A stretch of DNA of 64,000 nucleotides from an uncultured Chitinophagales bacterium (GTDB lineage Bacteria > Bacteroidota > Rhodothermia > Balneolales > CAYWCV01). Made by a program: the position numbers and the translations under genes. Positions 57,035-64,000 of this stretch are shown piece after piece. The stretch spans positions 30,771-94,770 of the forward strand of contig CAYWCV010000001.1 of the NCBI GenBank assembly GCA_964456845.1, given 5' to 3'. A model generated the notes under the pieces. That model saw nothing but the letters and a program-made list of their open reading frames with translations, did not search any database and was not told the DNA's origin. How positions within the stretch are numbered: position 1 is the stretch's first letter; each line of letters starts with the position of its first letter.

Positions 57035-58888
57035 ATGCCCGTGAACGATCAACTAGCACAGAAACTCGAGAACTTACCTATGCAACCCGGGGTGTATATC
57101 TACCGGGATGCAACGGGTTCTGTCTTGTATGTCGGAAAGGCAAAGAGGCTGAAAAATCGGGTAAGGTCCTATTTCCAAGATTCGAGAAATCACGACGGAC
57201 GCATCCGCATCATGATTTCAAAGATCGAAGACCTTGAAATCATCGTCACTGACTCCGAATCGGAGGCACTCATCCTTGAGAACACCCTCATCAAGGAGCA
57301 TGCTCCCCGATACAATGTGATGTACCGCGACGACAAGTCGTATCCATATATCTGCATGACGGCCTCCGAGCGTCCCAGGATCTTCCCGACCCGGTCAGTC
57401 ATCCGCGACGGAAGCCGCTATTGGGGGCCCTATGACAACGTGATGGCCATGAGAGCCATGCTTGAGACGATCCGTAAGACGTTCGGTCTGTGCACCTGCG
57501 CCTGTTCTTCCAGGTCCATCGATAAAACGCGTGGCCTGCCCAAATGGAACAGCTGCTTTGAGGACTATTTCGACGATTGCTCGGCAAATCTGCCGCTGGA
57601 TGTCTACAAAGACATCATAGTGAAAGTCACCCGCTTGCTGAACGGCCGCACAGGCGAACTTGTGCGCGAACTCAAGGAGGAAATGCACTTGGCCGCCGAC
57701 GCCATGGCATTCGAGGATGCAGCCAAACTTCGCGATGGCATTGCGGGCCTCGAACGGTTCAGCCAGAAAATGAAGGTGGTTTCCGGCGAACCCATCAACC
57801 GGGACGTCTTTGCCATCCACATCGACCGCGAGGACAATATCGCATGTGGGGTACTGTTCAGGATTCGGGAAGGCAAGCTCATCGGGAGCCTCTCCCGCAT
57901 AATTCGAAACATCGACATCAGCGACGAAAGCGCGATCATGCAGGGGTTTGTCGAAGACTACTACACATCCGACCTTTCGGGCGAACTTCCCGACGAAGTG
58001 TACCTGAGTCATGAAATGGAAGATGACGGACCCATCTTCGAGTATCTGCGAAACCTTCGGGGAAGAAAGGTTCCGATGACCCTGCCACAGATAGGGGAGA
58101 AGGCGCAGCTGGTACGCATGGCGGAGCAAAACGCAAAAATTCAACTGCGTGAACATCAGCTTCTCCGACAGAAGCAGGAAGAGGCACGCATACCTCACTC
58201 CGTCTCAACCCTCAAGGCAGATTTGTTCCTTCCTGTGATGCCACGCCGCATCGAATGCTTCGACAATTCGAATTTGCAGGGCACCGACGCCGTAGCATCT
58301 ATGGTCTGCTTCGTGGATGGACAGCCACGCAAGAGCGAATATAAACGCTTCAATATCAAAACAGTGGTTGGACCGGACGATTTCGCAAGCATGCGCGAAA
58401 TTATCATGAGGCGATACGGGAAGCATGATCCTGAAACCGGTGTGCTGCCAGACCTGGTCGTTGTGGATGGGGGGAAAGGCCAGCTCAGCAGCGCGGTCGA
58501 GGCATTACACGCCATCGGCATGTACGGCAAGTTTCCGATCATTGGTCTGGCAAAACGGTTGGAGGAGGTGTTCTTTCCGGGCGACACTCATTCGATCATC
58601 ATTCCGAAAACGTCGGCTAGCCTCAAACTTTTGCAAAGGGTCAGGGATGAGGCTCACCGATTTGCCATCACGTTCCATCGCGAGAAGAGGCGGAAGCGGA
58701 CCATCGCAAGCGAACTTGACGACATCCCGGGTGTTGGACCACGAACCCGCGAGAAGCTGATCAAGCATTTCGGGAGTGTGAAAAAAATCCGGGAAGCATT
58801 CGTCGAAGACCTCGAAGACGCCGTTGGCAAAGCTTCAGCACGGAAAATCCGCGATTACTATGACGAAGTAAACAGCGACAATGCATAA
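57035..58888 (+). CDS. uvrC: excinuclease ABC subunit C
   Basis: The start is taken at MPVNDQLAQKLENLPMQPGVYIYRDATGSVLYVGKAKRLKNRVRSYF (GIY-YIG). A UvrBC-interaction region, an endonuclease V-like domain and a C-terminal HhH follow. The ORF-track N-terminal extension overlaps rluA. Confidence 0.93.
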   Translation: MPVNDQLAQKLENLPMQPGVYIYRDATGSVLYVGKAKRLKNRVRSYFQDSRNHDGRIRIMISKIEDLEIIVTDSESEALILENTLIKEHAPRYNVMYRDDKSYPYICMTASERPRIFPTRSVIRDGSRYWGPYDNVMAMRAMLETIRKTFGLCTCACSSRSIDKTRGLPKWNSCFEDYFDDCSANLPLDVYKDIIVKVTRLLNGRTGELVRELKEEMHLAADAMAFEDAAKLRDGIAGLERFSQKMKVVSGEPINRDVFAIHIDREDNIACGVLFRIREGKLIGSLSRIIRNIDISDESAIMQGFVEDYYTSDLSGELPDEVYLSHEMEDDGPIFEYLRNLRGRKVPMTLPQIGEKAQLVRMAEQNAKIQLREHQLLRQKQEEARIPHSVSTLKADLFLPVMPRRIECFDNSNLQGTDAVASMVCFVDGQPRKSEYKRFNIKTVVGPDDFASMREIIMRRYGKHDPETGVLPDLVVVDGGKGQLSSAVEALHAIGMYGKFPIIGLAKRLEEVFFPGDTHSIIIPKTSASLKLLQRVRDEAHRFAITFHREKRRKRTIASELDDIPGVGPRTREKLIKHFGSVKKIREAFVEDLEDAVGKASARKIRDYYDEVNSDNA

Positions 58889-59150
58889 TTGTCCCTCGCT
58901 GTTTTGAAAATCAGCTCCCTTTCATATATTCTACGCGGTGCCATTTGTCCGATCCCGTGGCCATGCACCCGGCCACATCCCTAACATCATCATGTTATTT
59001 CACAAAGCTACCGGCTCTCGTATACTGCCAATGAAGGCTGAATCAAATTTTCAGTATTGGAACAAATGCATGTGCATTTTGTTTACATAAATACCGGAAT
59101 TCGATGAAAGTCCGACAATAACCTTCATCTCTTTAGCGTTGAGGTAGCAA

Positions 59151-59780
59151 ATGAAATCGATCACAGCAGACACCAGAAACTACAACGAGCTCGACGACCA
59201 GGAATTGGTCCGCATATACCGTCGCAAGGGTGACGAGCGCGCTTTCAGGATCCTGCTGGAGAGGCACCAGTCCAAGATCTACTCGTACATCTACAGCATG
59301 GTCAACAATGCTGATGTTGCCAACGACATCTTCCAAGACACCTTCACGAAGGTGGTGACCAAACTGGACGATACCTACGACGAGCAGGGTAAATGGATCG
59401 CGTGGGTGATGCGAATTGCCCACAATGCCACGATCGACCACATACGTAAGCAACGCCGTTATGTGGATGTCAATGCAAACTCCGAATCAGATTTTGATTT
59501 CTACGATCGACTGCCCGACGAAGGGGAGCCAGGTTCGCAGGAACGCGTCGAGATGGCCGAAGACAAGGCCGCCCTTATGCGTCACATTGCAAACCTGCCC
59601 GTGGAACAACGCGAGGTGGTGATGCTCCGGCATTACTATGAGCTTTCCTTCAAGGAGATCGCCGAACTCACAGGAGTATCGATAAACACCGCACTCGGAC
59701 GCATGCGCTATGCACTGATAAATCTGCGCAAGATGTTCGAGAAAGAGAATTCCGATAAGGTAAGCTATGAAAAGAGTTGA
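59151..59780 (+). CDS. ECF-type RNA polymerase sigma-70 factor
   Basis: 209 aa. Region 2 is DIFQDTF...WIAWVMRIAHNATIDHIRK. Region 4 is EQREVVMLRHYYELSFKEIAELTGVSINTALGRMRYA. Confidence 0.88.
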   Translation: MKSITADTRNYNELDDQELVRIYRRKGDERAFRILLERHQSKIYSYIYSMVNNADVANDIFQDTFTKVVTKLDDTYDEQGKWIAWVMRIAHNATIDHIRKQRRYVDVNANSESDFDFYDRLPDEGEPGSQERVEMAEDKAALMRHIANLPVEQREVVMLRHYYELSFKEIAELTGVSINTALGRMRYALINLRKMFEKENSDKVSYEKS

Positions 59781-60306
59781 AGAACTTTGTATTAAATACT
59801 TGATGAACGAGACGGATCCGTCTGAAACGGCCGATATTCGTGCCGAAATGATAGACGATCCCGATGCACTCATCGAGTACGAGTCAATGAGGTCCACATG
59901 GGCCAAGGTGCGGGGGATGCCCGAAATGGAACCGCCTGCTCACATCACCGAAGCAGTCATCAATCAAGCCTCAAACGGCATTCGTGCCAATGGGGTTTAC
60001 ACCATGAGCACAGGTGTGAAATGGGTAGCAGCTGCCGCCGTGGTCGTTATGACAGGTTTTGGTATTTGGACAAGCACGGTCGTCGTGCAGAATGCCATCG
60101 GTGAGTCATCCGCATCAAATGTCGCACCGACATCGAACGATAAGCAGTGGGTCGACCGAAACGACGTCCTTTACATTCAGCCAGGACAGAATGTTTCTGC
60201 GCAGTCAACGAACGTCTCAAAACTGAAACCGGTGACGCCGACCGCGGAAAATGCGGCTGGCAACACCGAAATTCAGCTTGCGGGTTCACGCAAACCGGCC
60301 AATTAA
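59767..60306 (+). CDS. putative single-pass anti-sigma factor
   Basis: 179 aa. It overlaps the sigma gene by 14 nt. It has a short cytoplasmic N-terminus, one TM (VKWVAAAAVVVMTGFGIWTSTVV) and a low-complexity periplasmic tail. Confidence 0.55.
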   Translation: MKRVEELCIKYLMNETDPSETADIRAEMIDDPDALIEYESMRSTWAKVRGMPEMEPPAHITEAVINQASNGIRANGVYTMSTGVKWVAAAAVVVMTGFGIWTSTVVVQNAIGESSASNVAPTSNDKQWVDRNDVLYIQPGQNVSAQSTNVSKLKPVTPTAENAAGNTEIQLAGSRKPAN

Positions 60307-60373
60307 ACGGTCAATGGTTCGCAGGCCCGAACTCTCGCTTGGCTCTACTGGGGCGTATGTGCTATCTTATGGC

Positions 60374-61429
60374 ATGATACGCCCTTTCCTTTTTATGATG
60401 CTCCTGTGGTCTGGCAGTGCACAACTCCTGCTAGCCCAACAACGGATTGATGTCAAATCCATCAAAGCCAAATCAGAGACTCTGGGCGGGCAGTTCACCA
60501 CTCATAGTGGAATAGCCGACAGCATCATGTTTGGGTCCACCGACGTAAGCAAGTGGGAGCGGTTCACCAACAAGTTTGGGGAGCGGTTCAGCTTCGGGCT
60601 GTTCGCGACATTGCCCCCAATAGAAAAGCCATACCGAATCCTTTCATGGAACCTTCCATTTTATGGAGGCTCGGTGAACAGCGGCGGGCTCGATGATGCC
60701 GGAATAGGTGCGGACATTTGGATAGGTGCATCCAATTTCGAAGACATCCACCCCGATAGCACTGACGCTTCGGCGGCAACGGCCAGCGTCCAGGCAGGGT
60801 CGTTTCAGTACGCGGAGGTAGCGTTCAACTTTTCTGGCCTTGGCCTGATCGATGAAGCTACCACCATTGCTTTGGAGGCATACTATGCATCAGGTCCCGA
60901 CAGCGGGGCCGTTAGCCCGATATGGACCACCGACCAAAGGGTACATTCGTATTTTTACAGCAGGCCGGAAGCGGTGACAGATTCGACCACAGAGGTCGTC
61001 CTGTATGAGCATGACGCTTTCTGGCAATTATATGGCGTAAATCCGGCTGTATTTGGCGAAATATCTGGATATCTGGTCATTGAGATCGACACGACAGCCA
61101 CCGATCCATCCGACGGTGATGGAGGCCCACTAAGCACGTCGCTCAAAGAGAAGTGGTATTTGCCCGGAAGCCACAATGTCGTATCGAATTATCCGAATCC
61201 GTTTAATCCGTCCACTACAGTCCGTATCATGCCACAAAGCACTGGTGTACATGACATTGCAGTCCACGACATGCTTGGCAGGGTCGTGGCGAGACACTCG
61301 TTGCACGCATCCGTGGGCAAGGAGACCCAGTGGACCTGGAATGCCGAAGGGCTCGCATCAGGTGTGTATCTTATAAGCGTCCATCATGGGGGTGAGAGAT
61401 GGCACCACACGGTGGCGCTGTCGAAATAG
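60374..61429 (+). CDS. secreted protein with a T9SS C-terminal sorting domain
   Basis: The ATG at 60374 gives the signal peptide MIRPFLFMMLLWSGSAQLLLAQ. The C-terminus, NYPNPFNPSTTVRI...LASGVYLISV, matches the type-A Por/T9SS CTD pattern. Confidence 0.7.
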   Translation: MIRPFLFMMLLWSGSAQLLLAQQRIDVKSIKAKSETLGGQFTTHSGIADSIMFGSTDVSKWERFTNKFGERFSFGLFATLPPIEKPYRILSWNLPFYGGSVNSGGLDDAGIGADIWIGASNFEDIHPDSTDASAATASVQAGSFQYAEVAFNFSGLGLIDEATTIALEAYYASGPDSGAVSPIWTTDQRVHSYFYSRPEAVTDSTTEVVLYEHDAFWQLYGVNPAVFGEISGYLVIEIDTTATDPSDGDGGPLSTSLKEKWYLPGSHNVVSNYPNPFNPSTTVRIMPQSTGVHDIAVHDMLGRVVARHSLHASVGKETQWTWNAEGLASGVYLISVHHGGERWHHTVALSK

Positions 61430-61515
61430 GCTGCCATAAATGCATATTGCCTGAGCCTAATTTTCGTATCTTCCACCTCGGATAACGCATTCACACATTG
61501 TCGTTAAAGCAACAC

Positions 61516-62313
61516 ATGGGAAAAGTCATTTCCATAGCCAACCAAAAGGGTGGTGTCGGGAAAACAACATCGGCCATTAACCTAGCCGCAAGCTTGGCTG
61601 CGTTGGAGCATCCGACGCTCGTGATCGATATTGATCCGCAGGCAAACTCCACTTCAGGGCTTGGGATAGACCCCAAAAGTACTGCCAATTCCGTATATGA
61701 CGTTCTAGTGGGGGGAATTCAGACAGGTGAGGCTCTTCTAAATTCTGATCTTCCGTTTTTAGACATTATTCCGTCTCATATCAACTTGGTGGGTGCCGAA
61801 ATCGAGATGATCGACCGTCAAGACCGCGAGAAGATACTGAACCGCGCCATCGAAGACCTTCGGACCAAGTACGATTTCGTCATTATCGATTGCCCTCCAT
61901 CGTTGGGTTTGCTCACAATTAACGCGCTTACGGCTTCAGACAGTGTCATTATTCCCGTTCAATGTGAATATTTTGCCCTTGAAGGCCTTGGGCAACTGCT
62001 CAACACGATAAAAATCGTGAGACAGCACCTGAACACGTTTTTGGAGATTGAAGGTGTTTTGCTGACGATGTTCGACAACCGCACCCGACTATCGTCACAA
62101 GTGGCACAGGAGGTCAAGAAGTACTTCAACGACAAAGTGTTCAACACAGTGATCTCCCGTAATGTGAGGCTGGCTGAAGCGCCCAGTTTCGGAAAGCCGA
62201 TATTATTGTATGATTCTGTCAGTTCAGGTTCGCAAAACTACCTTGCGCTAGCCAGAGAGCTGATCATCAGAAACAAGAAACAGTTCAAGGGAAGCTCTGT
62301 ATTCAACACGTGA
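61516..62313 (+). CDS. parA: chromosome-partitioning ATPase ParA/Soj
   Basis: The start is taken at [18 protein letters not shown], the deviant Walker A motif. IIDCPPSLG follows. Confidence 0.9.
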   Translation: MGKVISIANQKGGVGKTTSAINLAASLAALEHPTLVIDIDPQANSTSGLGIDPKSTANSVYDVLVGGIQTGEALLNSDLPFLDIIPSHINLVGAEIEMIDRQDREKILNRAIEDLRTKYDFVIIDCPPSLGLLTINALTASDSVIIPVQCEYFALEGLGQLLNTIKIVRQHLNTFLEIEGVLLTMFDNRTRLSSQVAQEVKKYFNDKVFNTVISRNVRLAEAPSFGKPILLYDSVSSGSQNYLALARELIIRNKKQFKGSSVFNT

Positions 62314-62332
62314 GCACCCCAGGTATTTAAGC

Positions 62333-63229
62333 ATGAGTAAAACCAAGAAGAACGTACTAGGCAGGGGGTTGGGGGTGTATTTCCCTGGGGTTGACGATGA
62401 GGGCAATGCAGAGGCACAAGAAACGCCACTTGGTCGAATTGACGACATCCCTGTGGGCAGTATACGTGCAAACCCAAATCAGCCACGCCAGGAATTTGAC
62501 GAGTTTCGCCTGCAGGAATTATCTGATTCCATCAAATTGCATGGTCTTATCCAACCGATAACGGTGCGCGAAATTGGTGAGGGTCGGTACGAGCTCATCA
62601 GTGGCGAACGCAGGCTCAGGGCAACCCGCATGGCCGGTCTCGACAGGATACCCGCCTATGTAAGGCAGGCTGACGACGAGCAAAGCCTTGAATACGCCCT
62701 CATCGAGAATATCCAACGCGAGGAGCTCAACCCGATTGAAACGGCACTTGGTTTTCAGAGGCTGATCGAGGAGCTCGGTTACACTCAGGAGCACGTTGCC
62801 GAACGGGTAGGCAAGAACAGAACAACCGTCACAAACACACTTAGGTTGCTTCAGCTTCCTGATGTGGTGCAGCTTGCCGTGAAACAGGGCAAAATTACTG
62901 CCGGACACGCCAGGGCACTGGTCACCATCGATAATCCTGCCATTCAGGAGAAGGTATTGCAGAAGGCAATTGATGAAGACTTCTCCGTGCGCCAGATGGA
63001 GCAGTACGTCAAATTGTTGGCGGGCGGGAAGAAGAAAAAGAACAAGCTCCTTAACCCAAGAGAGCAGCATGCAGTTGAACTGCAGGAGCTTGCCAACCGG
63101 CTTCGCACAAGGTTGGGGACTAAAGTGATGCTCAAAAAGAAGCAGAAGGGGGGCGAAATTCGTATTGAATATTACACCGACGACGAACTTGACCGCCTGC
63201 TTACCTTATTTGACCAGATTTCATCCTGA
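62333..63229 (+). CDS. parB: chromosome-partitioning protein ParB/Spo0J
   Basis: 298 aa. It has the ParB box GLIQPITVR...ISGERRLRA and an HTH segment (QEHVAERVGKNRTTVTNTLRLL). Confidence 0.9.
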   Translation: MSKTKKNVLGRGLGVYFPGVDDEGNAEAQETPLGRIDDIPVGSIRANPNQPRQEFDEFRLQELSDSIKLHGLIQPITVREIGEGRYELISGERRLRATRMAGLDRIPAYVRQADDEQSLEYALIENIQREELNPIETALGFQRLIEELGYTQEHVAERVGKNRTTVTNTLRLLQLPDVVQLAVKQGKITAGHARALVTIDNPAIQEKVLQKAIDEDFSVRQMEQYVKLLAGGKKKKNKLLNPREQHAVELQELANRLRTRLGTKVMLKKKQKGGEIRIEYYTDDELDRLLTLFDQISS

Positions 63230-63803
63230 TTTCTGTCTGCGGTTCCTGATCGGCGTCGCTTCACTGATTCTTGCCGGATCACTTGAGCTGGCTGTGGCTC
63301 AAGTGATTTCTGCCCGAAACGACACGGTGCCAGAACCATCGACAGTCTGGGTCAAATCGGCAATCATACCTGGCTGGGGGCAGGTAGTCAACAAACAGAC
63401 GTGGAAGGTGCCTGTCATTTATGGCGTGCTCGGCGGCATCACGTGGTTTGCGATCAACCAGCATCAATCCTATCTGGATTACAGGGCAGCCTATTATAAC
63501 ACGATTTCAGGCCGTGACGATTTTTTGTACGGTCCGACCCGTCCTGGCTTAGAAGGATTGCCTCCAGAACAGCTACGATTTAGCCGAAACAGTTACCGAA
63601 ATCGACGAGATCTCAGTATTATCGTTTTTGTGGCTGCCTGGGGGCTCAATGCCATCGACGCCTACGTTTTCGCACAACTCAGAGATTTCGATACAGGGCC
63701 AGATCTTAGCATCGTTCCGACTGTACATCGTCATCCTGCAACGGACTTTCCTGTGCCGTCTGCAGACATCAAATTGACCTTCCCACTTAATTCAAGGAGA
63801 TAG
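63165..63803 (+). CDS. DUF5683-like membrane protein, the usual post-parB gene in Bacteroidota
   Basis: SAIIPGWGQVVNKQTWKVPVIYGVLGG matches the family core. The start is uncertain: the ATG at 63165 overlaps parB by 65 nt, while an in-frame TTG at 63210 is equally plausible. Confidence 0.6.
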   Translation: MNITPTTNLTACLPYLTRFHPDFCLRFLIGVASLILAGSLELAVAQVISARNDTVPEPSTVWVKSAIIPGWGQVVNKQTWKVPVIYGVLGGITWFAINQHQSYLDYRAAYYNTISGRDDFLYGPTRPGLEGLPPEQLRFSRNSYRNRRDLSIIVFVAAWGLNAIDAYVFAQLRDFDTGPDLSIVPTVHRHPATDFPVPSADIKLTFPLNSRR

Positions 63804-63809
63804 AACTGC

Positions 63810-64000
63810 ATGGAAAGCAAAGACTTTCAGAGATTTAGTTCTTACGAAGAGGGCTTACAGAGCGACTTATGGCGTATTTTTAAGATCATGGGCGAATTTG
63901 TAGAGGGTTACGACCGAATGTTCAAGATTGGTCCGTGTGTAAGTCTCTTCGGCAGTGCAAGACTCAAGGCTGACAACCCTTACTATCAAAAAGGTGTCGA
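63810..64000 (+). CDS. LOG/TIGR00730-family protein (nucleotide phosphoribohydrolase-like); the 3' end runs off the window
   Basis: Translation from the ATG at 63810 gives MESKDFQRFSS...WRIFKIMGEFVEGYDRMFKIGPCVSLFGSARLKADNPYY, including the FGSAR signature. Confidence 0.7.
   Translation, partial: MESKDFQRFSSYEEGLQSDLWRIFKIMGEFVEGYDRMFKIGPCVSLFGSARLKADNPYYQKGV

Overview
This is a 64 kb stretch of bacterial chromosome. It is densely coded on both strands with roughly balanced GC, and I saw no rRNA, tRNA, CRISPR array, transposase or prophage signature. Three markers point to the FCB group (Bacteroidota / Rhodothermota-Balneolota-like): a cargo protein with a T9SS C-terminal sorting domain, a DUF5683-type gene directly after parB, and carotenoid-glycoside-ester tailoring genes. 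About 55 protein genes can be supported, most of them housekeeping. They include metG (partial), greA, ugd, ackA/pta, an EF-G paralogue, hprK, a xerC/D-type recombinase, metH, sod, nrdJ, uvrC, parAB, many peptidases (M42, M28, two M23, S9), an amidase, an asparaginase and a GH13 amylase. The clearest non-coding element is a cobalamin riboswitch in front of a BtuB-like TonB-dependent receptor. It sits between two B12-dependent enzymes, metH and class II RNR nrdJ. I do not see a recognisable defence island or an obviously new multi-gene machine. The loci most worth a second look are these. (1) An ackA...pta operon split by two translationally coupled envelope genes, one of which carries a caspase-like domain whose catalytic dyad appears substituted. 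(2) An 88-aa membrane-anchored protein with a Pht-type histidine-triad motif, preceded by CCCCGAT heptamer repeats that abut its start codon. (3) A 523-bp AT-rich spacer upstream of nrdJ containing phased DnaA-box motifs. (4) A hydratase / GT2 / acyltransferase trio for carotenoid glycoside esters. All functional calls come from reading motifs by eye. No database search was run.
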